DNA of 64,000 bases from the NCBI RefSeq assembly GCF_009914755.1, contig NC_060936.1; one strand, written 5' to 3'. Origin of the DNA: the human T2T-CHM13v2.0 reference genome, Homo sapiens. A model generated the notes under the pieces. It made no database searches and was not told the DNA's origin. It saw nothing but the letters and a program-made list of their open reading frames with translations. Both the position numbers and the translations under genes were made by a program. Positions 44,761 to 62,998 of the stretch are shown here, piece by piece; positions within the stretch are counted from its first letter, which is position 1, and every line of letters begins with the position of its first letter.

Positions 44761-46452
44761 AGGGTCAAATGATTTGAACTTCTTCAATATTACCTGTCTT
44801 TAAATTTTGCATATTTTATTTCTTTTTTGCCTTCCTGGCACATCTGTGATATCAAAAAAAAGTCTAGGTTTTATTTATTGTTAATGTTCTCCCTTGAAAA
44901 AGCAGTTTTCTTGCTGTGATACATAAATTAACCTCTTGGCATAACGATTTTCCTTTTCATTAAATGGAACTGTCAGGGGAGAGTAAAAAGCAAGAACTTT
45001 ACTGGAATGAAAGAAACTGGGATTAATTTTTTTTCCCTGTTCTCAAGCGCTCCTGGAGGACGGGTTGGATCAAGTCTTCCCCACTCTGGGAGGAACTCTG
45101 GCCTCCCTGCCTGCAGCTGAGGGCTGACTTTGAACCAGCGCATGTGCTGGAATCTCCTCCTCACGGAGGAAACTTGAGTTGGTCACTGATGGAGTTTGGA
45201 GCCTCTGGGATTATAACTATCGCTAATCTGAAATCAAGGAGGCAGCTATGCATAGAGAGAGGCATCTGCCCCAGTATCTCTCTAAGGGTATAGAGAAACA
45301 GGCCCATGTACACACCTGGATGGGAAATGGGTACGGCCTCCATCAGAAAAATGGTCAAAACAGGTTAAAAGCCTTAAAGACTGTGCAAATCTTCAACTCA
45401 GTAATTCTACTTCTAAGAAATGATTCTATAAAATAACTGGACAAGTCTTTACTCCATATTAATTATATTTCCATTGAAATTCTATTTCAGTTTTGCTTGG
45501 GATAAATACAATTTTAACTTAACTATCATTTGACTAAGTAAGTACAAGTTAGGGTAACTTAACATAGTTGTTGTAAATTATTGCAGAAATAAGAGTGTTT
45601 TGAAACCTATAATTTTCTGGCTGGCAGGTGAAGCAAAAGTCATTTTCTGATGAAATTGTGGAGATGAGATTTCTAAGAAATGTGTTCATGTTCGTCCTGG
45701 AATTCAGAGGCCAGTCTGGATTTATTGTATCTTCCAGAAACCAATTTATCCCCAATAGATCACACAGAGAAATATGTCTTGATTCTCCTCTTGCAACTAA
45801 CACTCAATATTTTAGTTTATTTTATCCACAAAAGAAATAGAGATTTTTCACAGTTTATTATGCTGCACGCTCCCTGATGGACGTTCTTTGAAACAAATAT
45901 ATGTTTTTCTTTGCTAGAATGAGCATAATTACGTCAGTGGATAGATCACATTTACCAACAGCTCTTTTTGGAAATCTTGAGACATCTGTTGTAGCTGCTT
46001 GAGGCTTTAGTGAATGCAAGCTGGAGTCATTAAGTTAAGGCTCTGAGAGTCCCTTTCTCTGGCCAGTGGAGGACTCCAGGGTCATCCATTAGCTTTGGAA
46101 TTTGTTTCTGTCATCCTGGCCTTCAAGGTCATTTTTTTTCCTGAAAGCTGGAACCTCATCAAAAGGCACCTGGATGGAGACCTTGTAGGCTGAGGGCTTG
46201 CTGGTCAGCAACACTGGCAGCTGGGCTGGTGAAAAATAAATTAATTTATCACACCTGCAGTTCTGACCTACACAGTCGAAGGCAAAGAAAAAACATGGAA
46301 CATCATGATCATTCATTAAGGTGTTGGGTTTTATGCCCGGAGCTCAATGCTTCCCCCCCACCCCATTATGGAGAATAAGCAGACAATTATATAACCATCT
46401 GACCTAATTTGAGGTTTCTATTCAAAGAGTGTTTTAAAATGCAACTTTTATT

Positions 46453-47333
<881 letters not shown>

Positions 47334-50224
47334 AGATTCATCTCACCTACATGGCCAGGGAATCAGAAGATGATTCCCTTCTTGTCCTGCAGCATCCCAT
47401 TCCACAACTCTGTGAGACGAGCTGATGTTTCCACACCCTTGAAATTCAGGGTGCACAGGTATGTGGGATCAAAAAATGCGACCCTATTAAAGGCATCTGG
47501 ACTTCCTTACCTGCTAAACTGGCCTATTCTATTATCTGAAGAGAGAAAAATAACTTTTTTGTACATATCAAATATTCAGTCTTGATCTGGTTGCAGAGCC
47601 AACGAATGTGTTGTTTTTCTCAATCCTGTAGGTTTATTGGTTGCATTAAAAAAAAGTCTAAGGAAATTAGGAACACAAATTCCTAGGCCATTTCAGGGCA
47701 AGAATTCACTGGACTTCTTAAAAACAATATAGGAACTAAAAAATTACCAACAAAAAAAAAAAGCCCAGGACCAGACCGATTCACACCAGAATTCTACCAG
47801 ACATTCAAAGCAGAATTGGTACCAATCTTTTTGACAATATTCCACAAGTTAGAGAAAGAGGGAACCCTCCCTAATCCATTCTATGAAGCCAGCATCACCC
47901 TAATACCAAAACCAGGAAAGGACATAATCAAAAAAGAAAACTACAGACTGATATCCCTGATGAACGTAGATGCTAAAATCCTTAACACAATACTAGCTAA
48001 CCAAATCCAACAACATCAAAAAGATAATCTACCATGATCAAATGGGTTCCATACTGGGGATTCAGGGATGATTTAACATACACAAGTCGATAAAGCTTAT
48101 ACACCACATAAACAGAATTAAAAACAAAAATCACATGATCATCTCAATAGATGCAAAAAAGCAAAAGTCAGCATCCCTTTATGATTAACGCTTTCAGCAA
48201 AATCGGCATACAGAGGACACACCTCAATGTAATAAAAGCCATCTATGACAAACGCACAGCCAACATAATACTGAATGGGGAAAAGCTGAAAGTGTTCCCT
48301 CTGAGAACTGGAACAAGACAAGATGTCCACTCTTACCACTCCTCTTCAACATAGTACTGGAAGTCCTAGACAGAGCAATCAGACAAGGGAAAGAAATAAA
48401 GGGCATCCAAATTGGTAAAGAGGAATTCAAACTGTCACTGTTTACCTCAAAAACCCTAAAGACTCCTCCAGAAAGCCCCTAGAACTAATAAAAGAATTCA
48501 GCAAAGTTTCTGGATACAAGATTAATGTACACAAATAAGTACCTCTTTTATACTGTACCAATCATGACCAAGAGGAGAATCAAATCAAGAACTCAACCCC
48601 TTTTACAATAGCTGCAGAAAAAAATAAAAAATAAAAAATAAAATACTTAGGAATATACCTAACAAAGGAGTTGAAAGACCTCTACAAGGAAAACTACAAA
48701 ACACTGCTGAAAGAAATCACAGACAACATAAACAAATGGAAACACATCCCATGCTCATGAATAGGTAGAATCAATATTGTGAAAATGATCATACTGCCAA
48801 AAGCAATCTACCAATTCAATGCAATCCCCACCAAAATACTACCATCATTCTTCAAAGAATTAGAAAAAAAATTCTAAAATTCATATAGAACCAAAGAAGA
48901 GCCCACATAGCCAAAGCAAGACTAAGCAAAAATAACAAATCTGATACAAAAAGAACAAATCTGGAGGCATCAAATTACTTGATTTCAAACTATCCTATAA
49001 GGCCATAGTCACCAAAACAGCATGGTACTGGTATAAAAATAGACACGTAGACCAACAGAACAGAATAGAGAACCCAGAAATAAACCCAAATATTTACAAC
49101 CAACTGATCTTCGTAAAGGCAAACAAAAACAAAATGGGGAAAGGACACCCTTTTCAACAAATGGTGCTGGGATAATTGGCTAGGCACATGTAGGAGAATG
49201 AAACTGGACTCTCATCTCTCACCTTATACAAAAATCGACTCAAGATAGATTAAGGACTTAAATCTAAGACCTGAAATTATAAAAATTCTAGAAGAAAACA
49301 TTGGAAAAATCCTTCTAGGCATTGGCTTAGGTATGGATTTCATGGCCAAGAACCCAAAAGCAAATGCAATATAAAAAAGTTAAATAGCTGGGACTTAAGT
49401 AAACTAAAGAGCTTTTGCACGGCAAAAGGAACAGTCAACAGAGTAACCAGACAACCCACAGAGTGGGAGAAAATCTTCACAATCTATACACCTGACAAAG
49501 GACTAATATCCAGAATCTACAAGGAAATCAAACAAATCAGTAAGAAAAAAAACAAACAATCCCATCAAAAAGTGGGCAAAGGACATGAATAGGCAATTCT
49601 CAAAAGAAGATATACAAATGGCCAACAAACATATGAAAAAATGCTCAACATCATTTATGATCAGGGAAATGCAAATCAAAACCACAATGTGATACCACCT
49701 TACTACTGCAAGAATGGCCGTAATCAAAAAAGTCAAAAAACAGTAGATGTTGGCATGGATGCGGTGATCAGGGAACACTTCTACACTGTTTGTGGGAATG
49801 TAAACTAGTACAGCCGCTATGGAAAACAGTGTGGAGATTCCTTAAAGAACTAAAAGTAGAACTACCATTTGACCAGCAATCCCACTACTGGGTATCTATC
49901 CAGAGGAAAAGAAGTCATTATACGAAAAAGATGCTTGCACACGCATGTTTGTGGCAACACAATTCGCAATTGCAAAATCGTGGAACCAACCCAAATGCCC
50001 ATCAATCAACGAATGGATAAAGAAACTGTGGTATTAATATACAACAGAATACTACTCAGTCATAAAAAATAATTAATTAACGGCATTTGCAGTGACCTGG
50101 ATGAGACTGGAGACTATTATTCTAAGTAAGGTAACTCAGGAATAGAAAACCAAACTTCATACGTTCTCATTGATATGTAGGAGCTAAGCTATAAGGACGC
50201 AAAGGCATAAGAATGATACAATGG

Positions 50225-51129
50225 GAGGGAGGAGCCAAGATGGCTGAATAGGAACAGCTCCAGTCTACAGCTCCCAGCGTGAGCGATGCAGAAGACGGGT
50301 GATTTCTGCATTTCCATCTGAGGTACCGGGAGGATCTCACTAGGGAGTGCCAGACAGTGGGCGCAGGTCAGTGGGTGCACACACCGTGCGCGAGCTGAAG
50401 CCAGGCGAGGCATTGCCTCACTCAGGAAGCACAAGGGGTCAGGGAGTTCCCTTTCCTAGTCACAGAAAGCGGTGACAGACGGCACCTGGAAAATCGGGTC
50501 ACTCCCACCCTAATACAGCGCTTTTCCGATGGGCTTAAAAAATGGCGCACCAGGAGATTATATCCTGCACCTGGCTTGGAGGGTCCTGGCCCACGGAGTC
50601 TCACTGATTGCTAGCACAGCAGTCTGAGATCAAACTGCAAGACGGCAGCCAGGCTGGGGGAGGGGCGCCCGCCATTGCCCAGGCTTGCTTAGGTAAACAA
50701 AGCAGCCGGGAAGCTCGAACTGGGTGGAGCCCACCACAGCTCAAGGAGGCCTGCCTGCCTCTGTAGGCTCCACCTCTGGGGGCAGGGCACAGACAAACAA
50801 AAAGACAGCAGTAACCTCTGCAGACTTAAATGTCCCTGTCTGACAGCTTTGAAGAGAGCAGTGGTTCTCCCAGCATGCAGCTGGAGATCTGAGATGGGCA
50901 GACTGCCTCCTCAAGTGGGTCCCTGACCCCTGACCCCCGAGCAGCCTAACTGGGAGGCACCCCCCAGCAGGGGCAGACTGACACCTCACACGGCCAGGTA
51001 CTCCAACAGACCTGCAGCTGAGGGTCCTGTCTGTTAGAAGGAAAACTAACAAACAGAAAGGACATCCACACCAAAAACCCATCTGTACATCACTATCATC
51101 AAAGACCAAAAGTAGATAAAACCACAAAG
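50225..51129 (+). promoter_or_regulatory. L1 5' UTR internal sense and antisense promoter
   Basis: YY1 site aagatggc at the 5' end; CpG-rich L1 5' UTR. Confidence 0.75.
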
Positions 51130-52144
51130 ATGGGGAAAAAACAGAGCAGAAAAACTGGAAACTCTAAAAAGCAGAGCGCCTCTCCTCCTCCAAAGGAACA
51201 CAGTTCCTCACCAGCAACGGAACAAAGCTGGACAGAGGATGACTTTGATAAGCTGAGAGAAGAAGGCTTCAGACGATCAAATTACTCTGAGCTACGGGAG
51301 GAAATTCAAACCAAAGGCAAAGAAGTTGAAAACTTTGAAAAAAATTTAGAAGAATGTATAACTAGAATAACCAACAGAGAAGTGCTTAAAGGAGCTGATG
51401 GAGCTGAAAACCAAGGCTCGAGAACTACGTGAAGAATGCAGAAGCCTCAGGAGCCGATGCAATCAACTGGAAGAAAGGGTATCAGCGATGGAAGATGAAG
51501 TGAATGAAATGAAGCGAGAAGAGAAGTTTAGAGAAAAAAGAATAAAAAGAAACGAGCAAAGCCTCCAAGAAATATGGGACTATGTGAAAAGACCAAATCT
51601 ACGTCTGATTGGTGTACCTGAAAGTGACGGGGAGAATGGAACCAAGTTGGAAAACACTCTGCAGGATATTATCTAGGAGAACTTCCCCAATCTAGCAAGG
51701 AAGGCCAACATTCAGATTCAGGAAATACAGAGAACGCCACAAAGATACTCCTCGAGAAGAGCAACTCCAAGACACATAATTGTCAGATTCACCAAAGTTG
51801 AAATGAAGGAAAAAATGTTAAGGGCAGCCAGAGAGAAAGGTCGGGTTACCCATAAAGGGAAGCCCATCAGACTAACAGCGGATCTCTTGGCAGAAACTCT
51901 ACAAGCCAGAAGAGAGTGGGGGCCAATATTCAACATTCTTAAAGAAAAGAATTTTCAACCCAGAATTTCATATCCAGCCAAACTAAGCTTCATAAGTGAA
52001 GGAGAAATAAAATACTTTACAGACAAGCAAATGCTGAGAGATTTTGTCACCACCAGGCCTGCCCTAAAAGAGCTCCTGAAGGAAGCACTAAACATGGAAA
52101 GGAACAACCAGTACCAGCCACTGCAAAATCATGCCAAAATGTAA
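51130..52144 (+). pseudogene. Disrupted L1 ORF1p
   Basis: MGKKQSRKTGNSK...; frameshift near 51375 and TAG at 51674-51676. Confidence 0.93.
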
Positions 52145-52207
52145 AGACCATCAAGACTAGGAAGAAACTGCATCAACTAACGAGCAAAATAACCAGCTAA
52201 CATCATA

Positions 52208-56034
<3,827 letters not shown>

Positions 56035-56554
56035 ACAATGAGAACACATGGACACAGGAAGGGGAACATCACACTCTGGGGACTGTTGTGGGGTGGGGGG
56101 AGGGGGGAGGGATAGCATTGGGAGATATACCTAATGCTAGATGATGAGTTAGTGGGTGCAGCGCACCAGCATGGCACATGTATACATATGTAACTAACCT
56201 GCACATTGTGCACATGTACCCTAAAACTTAAAGTATAAAAAAAAAAAAAAAGTTTGCAAAAAAAAAAAAAAGAATGATACAATGGACTTTGGGGTCTCGG
56301 GAGGGGGATGAGGGATAACAGACTACAAATAGGGTGCAGTGCATACTTCGCGGGTGATTGGTGCACCAAAATTGCACAAATCACCGCTAAAAAACTTACT
56401 CATGTAACCAAATACCACCTGTATTCCAACAACTTAAGAAAAAATAAAAAATAAATTAGAAAAACAAAATAGGAATCAATCTCAACATGGAAATGGGTTG
56501 CGCTAAAGATTGCATTTTGTCCTCTTCGTTTTTGAAGATAATTTCCTATGCACA

Positions 56555-56885
56555 TTTCTGGTATCAATGTCAACTCTGCTACTTGCTACCTGTATAACAC
56601 AGTCATGACATTAGTTTGTGCAAGTCTCACTTTCTTCAGCTGTGAAATGGAGATAATAATAGGTTCTAGCTGGGCAAGGTGGTTCACACCTGAAATCCCA
56701 GAAATTTGGGAGACTGAGATGAGAGGATCGCTTGAGCTCAGGAGTTTGAGACCAGCTTGGGCAACATACCGAAACCCTATCTTTATTATAAATAAATAAT
56801 AGGTCTTCCTCATATGACCACTGTGATGGAGAAATCGCATTACAATGGAGCATTTGTGAAGCATGTGATGAATGTTAACTCTGAC
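56555..56885 (+). mobile_element. MIR interrupted by a FLAM_C monomer (56668-56798)
   Basis: MIR core ctcactttcttcagctgtgaaatggagataataat; FLAM with TSD aataataggt. Confidence 0.75.
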
Positions 56886-56899
56886 AATCATGAATCTTA

Positions 56900-57400
56900 T
56901 TACTATGGCAGACTGTCTTTTCCAAAAATGGCCACAATATGCTCTTCTTAAAATTTGGAGTGTTTGTTTGTTTGTATGTTCTTTTTTTTTTTTTCCCTCT
57001 CCCTTTGCAACGAAGCAGGCTTTTGTGACTGTCCTAATGGATAGGATATGTCACAAGTTAGGATGTGGGACTATCAACTGTAGCATAGAAACGACTCTAC
57101 AACTCTGCCTGATCATCGTGGGACTCTCAGGCTTTGAATCCAGCCATGATGCTCTGAGGAAGTCAAGTAGCCACATGGAGAGACCCAGCTAAGGTTGCAG
57201 TGGATGGCCAGCATCATCCCCAGGCATGTGTAAACAAGCCTTCAGGTGACTCCATCCCATACTTACCTATGGGACTAATGCTGAGTGCAGGGAGAAGAGC
57301 ACGCCCCTCCTAGCCCAGCCCACATGGATTATCCACAAGGAAAATCAATGCTGTTTTAAGCCACTGAGTTTGGAATGATTTTTGACATAGTAATAATGCT
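56900..57400 (+). mobile_element. MLT1G/H-like LTR
   Basis: tatggcagactgtcttttccaaaaatggccacaa start; tgttttaagccactgagtttgg end. Confidence 0.65.
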
Positions 57401-58622
57401 AAAATAAAAGGTTTGTAATATATAGGAATCCTATTAATGTTTGTGCTATTATTTTTTTCTAATTAACTAACCTCAAGCAGCCCCTCTCCCCAAACCTAAG
57501 ATAGAAAAACTAAAAGGTGAAAAGAAATCTTGATTCTTAGCAATACATGAATTTTGCATAAAATATATTACCGTGTGAAGCAATATTTCTTTAACAATAA
57601 TATATTGAGAGGCAGAAGTTTCTATTTCTGCTAATTTGCATAGGTGTAGGTATATCTGTACCTATATATTTATATCAATACCTATATACAGATCTATATT
57701 GATAGATAAATACATAATTATTTTCTTACTTCAGTTTTACCCTTTTGTTCTATAATCAGGATAAAATAGTGATAACTTTTAAATGATTGAATTAAAGTAC
57801 ATTCCTGTATTTAATAGTAGTTTAACAACTTAGGCAGCATAAATATGTTCTCTTATAACAAGCAAAAAAAATGCTGAGTACATCTAAATCAATAAAATGG
57901 TTTCCTTTTTTTAAAGACTGTAAAAAATACAAAGGGAGCTCAAGAATAGATTCAGAAAATAAACGACTGAAATTATAATATACGTGTTACTTGTATCTTT
58001 AAAAAATGCTATTTTAAAAAATGTAAAGATTTCCCTAAGCAAGAGAGATTCTCAATTTACTTTGAAATGACTGTTCTTAGTTTGCTTGATGCTACTTTTT
58101 AATCTTTGTCAGTTAAAGGGCAACATAATATCCTTCAGGATGAACCAGAGAAGAGTACAAAGATCAGCTCAGAACCAACATATCTTCTTTCTGAGTAGTT
58201 TGACCCAGTGAATATTTCTTTTAGAATGTCTTATATTTCAAATGGTAGCACTGCCTTCTCCTTCTTTACAGAAATAATATTTTAGAAATACTCGCTTTGA
58301 TCAAGTTATGGATACTTGCTAGCTATATCTGTTATGGAAAATCACTAGACAAAGTTAACTCATCACTTTTTTATCGTGGTGTATATAAAACATGAATATC
58401 TTTTCTAAAACTGACTTTCCTTGGTCGAAAGATGTCTGCATCAATAGGAAGGTAGACACACAAATCTCTAACTCTGAAATTTTATAGTGTGTAAGCCCAT
58501 GATTTTTCTGTCCAGATAGAAAGAATAAAATTTAGAATGAACATCTTCCTTTCACCAAAGCATGGCACATTTGCATCTTTTAAAACAGGTAGTTCTCTAA
58601 GTTCTTTGTAAACGCTCACTGA

Positions 58623-59088
<466 letters not shown>

Positions 59089-59272
59089 CTGTTTTCTTTT
59101 TATAGTCTCAGATTAGGTGATTTATCGGCTGAACTATGTCATATTCAAATGTCATTTCATATCCAACACTCACTCACTTGGACACAGATTGGGAGGAGAA
59201 AAGTTTATTCTTCTCTGAGATTACAGGGAAAAGTGACCATTTTCTTCACGGGAAAACATAAATTCCCAGAAG

Positions 59273-59572
59273 TTTTTGTTTGTTTGTTTTTTGTTTTGTT
59301 TTGTTTTTTGTTTGGTTTTTTTTTTTTTTTTTTGAAAAAGTGTCTCGCTGTGTCACTCAGGTGGGAGTGCACTGGCGCAATCTGCGCTCACTGTAACCTC
59401 CACCTCCCAGGTTCAAGTGATCCCATCACTTCAGCCTCCTGAGTAGCTGGGATTACAGGCATGTAACACCACACCCAGTTAATTTTTGTATTTTTGTAGA
59501 GACAGGGTTTTACCATGTTGGCCAGGCTGGTCTTGAACTCACGACATCAGGCATGAGCCACCACGCCCGGCC
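59273..59572 (-). mobile_element. Alu with an internal deletion in the left arm
   Basis: gaactcacgacat joins directly to caggcatgagccacc. Confidence 0.9.
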
Positions 59573-60232
59573 TTATTTTTAAGAATAAAGCCTAAGGTCA
59601 TTACTGAGACTATCCCTTCCAAATATCATTGCCATTGTGCCTTACTTCCTGTAAAAAATAGAAATAAAATTCAAGTGGATAGAGATTTTGGATTTCGAGT
59701 TACTCGAGTCAAGGTTCCATGGGCCAATTGCAGAGGCTCTGTGGGTCTAAGTTAAAAAAAAAAAAAAAAACATAAAACAAAAAGACTCCAAAGTTCTTCA
59801 GCTTTTCCAAGTGCTCAGGTCACTCATGGTCACTGATGCTCAACAAGGTGTCCTTTCTGATTCACCATTCTTTCTAAGGTCCAAAAAAGGTCCTTGAGTT
59901 ATTTGCAGGATCTTACTCTCTCAATCCTTTGCTTTCTTGTTCAAGCCAGCAAATTTACCCGTTTCCTGCAACCTGCTGTTCACCAAATTCAAAGCCTGTC
60001 TTCATACTACTACCGTATCAGTTATCTGAAATGATTCCTGAACTCATTTTCCAATTAGCTCTAGCAATTAAGTCTCAAGGTCTCTGAGATCAGAGATCTA
60101 TAGACCCAAAGGAAATACTTCTGAGTGAATATCTTTGCAAAGAGATTAGGAGGAAAAAAGACTTGAATATAAAAACTTTTAGGCCCATAAGTGAAAATAC
60201 CAACAATCTTCTTGTAAGATTTCAGCTATCTG

Positions 60233-60529
60233 GGCCGGGCGCGGCGGCTCACGCCTGTCATCCCAGCACTTTGGGAGGCCGAGGTGGGCGGATCACAAGG
60301 TCAGGAGATCGAGACCATCCTGGCTAACACGGTGAAACCCTGTCTCCACTAAAAAAATACAAAAACATTAGCCGGGCGTGGTGGCAGGCGCCTGTAGTCC
60401 CAGATACTCGGGAGGCTGAGGCAGGAGAATGGCGTGAACCGGGAGGCAGAGCTTGCAGCGAGCTGAGATTGCGCCACTGCACTCCAGCCTGGGTGACAAA
60501 GCGAGACTCTGTCTCAAAAAAAAAAAAAA
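60233..60529 (+). mobile_element. AluY
   Basis: AluY diagnostics; perfect 17-bp TSD aagatttcagctatctg at 60216-60232 and 60530-60546. Confidence 0.96.
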
Positions 60530-60584
60530 AAGATTTCAGCTATCTGAAATAGTAATAGTGTGCATTTTTTACTTCTTGTAATGC

Positions 60585-61586
60585 TTTCTTTTAACTTCAG
60601 GGGAACATGTGCAGGATGGGCAAGTTTGTTACATAGGTAAATGTATGGTATACAGATTATTTCATCACCCAGGTATTAAGCCTCGTATCCATTAGTTATC
60701 TTTCCTGATCCTCTCCCTCCATCCTCCTCCCTCTGGTAGGCCCCAGTGTGTGCTGTGCCCCTCTATGTGCCCATGTGTTCTCATCATTTAGCTCCCACTT
60801 GTGAAAGAGGACATGCGGTTTTTGGTTTTCTGTTCCTGAGTTAGTTTGCTAAGGATAATGGCCTCCAGCTCTCTCTATGTCCCTGCAAAGGACATAATCT
60901 CATTCCTCTTTATGGCTACATAGTATTCCACAGTGTATATGTACCACATTTTCTTTATGCAGTCTATCATTGATGGGCATTTAGGTTGATTCCATGTCTT
61001 TGCTATTGTGAATAGTGCTGCAATTAACATACACGTGCATGTATCTTTATAATAGAATTATTGATATTCCTTTGGGTATATACTCAGTAATGGGATTGCT
61101 GGGTTTAATGGTAGTTCTGCCTTTAGCTCTTTGAGAAATCACCACACTGTCTTCCATAATGGTTGAACTAATGTATACTCCCACCAACAGTGTAAAAGTA
61201 TTTATTTTCTCCCACAAGCTTGTCAGCATCTGTTATTTTTTGACTTTTTAATCGTAACCATTCTGAATGGTGTGAGATGGTATCTCATTTGTGTTTCTCT
61301 AATGACCAGTGATGTTGAGCTTTTTTTTTTTTTTTCATGATTTTTGGCCCCATGTATGTCTTTTGAGAAGTATCTCTTTATGTCCTTTGCCACTTTTTAG
61401 CGGGGTTGTTTGTTTTCTTCTTGTACATTTGTTTAAGTTCCTTATAGATGCTGGATATTAGACCTTTGTCAGATGCATGGATTGCAAAAATTTTCCTCCC
61501 ATTTTGTAGGTTGTCTGTTTACTCTGTTGATAGTTTCTTTTGCTGTGTAGAAGCTCTTTAGTTTAATTAGATTCCATTTGTCAATT
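60585..61586 (-). mobile_element. Older L1PA 3' fragment (~1 kb)
   Basis: Antisense L1 3' UTR and ORF2 end. Confidence 0.9.
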
Positions 61587-62614
61587 CTATTTTAAATTCC
61601 AAGGCACACTGGTGTTCCTTCAGGGCTACACAAAATTATTTGTTCTCGTCTTGAAATTATCTGATTTATCAACTTTCTCGCTGGATGCCCATAACTACTG
61701 TGGACCAAAGTAAATACGCAAAGTCATTAAATTCCTGATTTCTTCCTGATACTGCATCACGGTGTCTCCTTGCTGATGGAGAGTAGCAGTTTGTTCAGTC
61801 CAAGATTCTATTGCACTCACATAATCTCATCAACTTTCAAGGTGACCTTTAGCATCAACAAGTATTTCTCAATTGTGTAGCTCATTTCCTAATCAGTGGT
61901 AGCCCTTGAGTCTCCAAGTCTCTGCTAGCAGAGATCTGTAGCCCCACAATAAATGGTTCTATGTGTCTGGACATTTCCCCAATCAATAAAGAAAGAAAAG
62001 AAAAACCTAAATGTGTAAATTTTTAGGCACATAGTTACATTTACTCATTTAGTTAAACCTATTCTATCACTGTATTATATACAAAGTTAGAAGTGTTGCT
62101 TTTACTCATTCTCATATTTCCTAAAGCAATTTACTTAAACACATCATATGTACATCATATGTATGCTTGACATCAATATACTTTTCAGTCTCGAAACACC
62201 TGTCTAATGCAGTTTTCCAGAGCACATGTGTTAAGTTGCCTGAGATAGAGTGCAAGCTATATTGATGTTTTGTTTTGCCTGGAAATTGTATCTCAGACCA
62301 CCAGTGCCTATTTGCTTAACCTCAGGATATTTATTTTTTTCCTTGTTCAATGAGTATACATGATCACAACAAAACAACTTCAATATTGTTCTATTAGAGT
62401 TCTTTGAATGCCTTATAAAGTTTAATGCTCGCAGTTTTAAATTCATAGCCCTAAAAATAGCTACTAAATCTTTGTTAAATATTATTATTGCTATTGTTTG
62501 TTTTCCTTCTCCTCCTTTTCATCTTGGCCTTTTCATTTTCTTATTTTCTTCTCAATCATTGTCTTTTTTTTCTCTTCCATCCTCTTCCTTTCCTATTTCT
62601 CTTAATAAATGGTG

Positions 62615-62998
62615 TTGGGTGGTTCTGGCTCAAGGAAGCTTCTGAGGTTGCCGTTAAGATGTCAGCCAGGGCTGTAGTCCTCTCAAAATCACCTAAAACT
62701 TGCTCATGTGATAGTTGCAGTCTTGAGGCATTTGCCATTTCAACCCCTCAACAGAGCTATCTTATGACAGCTGCTTTCCTCCAGAAAAAAAATAAGAAGC
62801 GACACCCCCAATGAAAGCCACAGGTTTTTTGGTCTTCTTTTTATAACCTAATCTCAGAGCAGATACCTCTGAGATTTGGCCTATTCTGTTCATTGGAAGA
62901 GAGTTCTTCAATTCAGCTCATGTTAAAGGAAAAGGGATTCCACAGGGAGTAGACACCCTGAGGCAGGGGTCAGTGATCACCATCTTACAGGCTGCCAT
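62615..62998 (-). mobile_element. MLT1F-like LTR fragment
   Basis: ggttctggctcaagg..gatgtcagccagggctg..caccatcttacaggctgcc. Confidence 0.65.

Noticed and set aside
62850-62876. Short perfect hairpin aatctcagag-N7-ctctgagatt (similar small palindromes at 5809-5828 and 14046-14104)
   Set aside because: 10-11 bp stems occur by chance or by local template switching; no supporting context, and two lie within repeats
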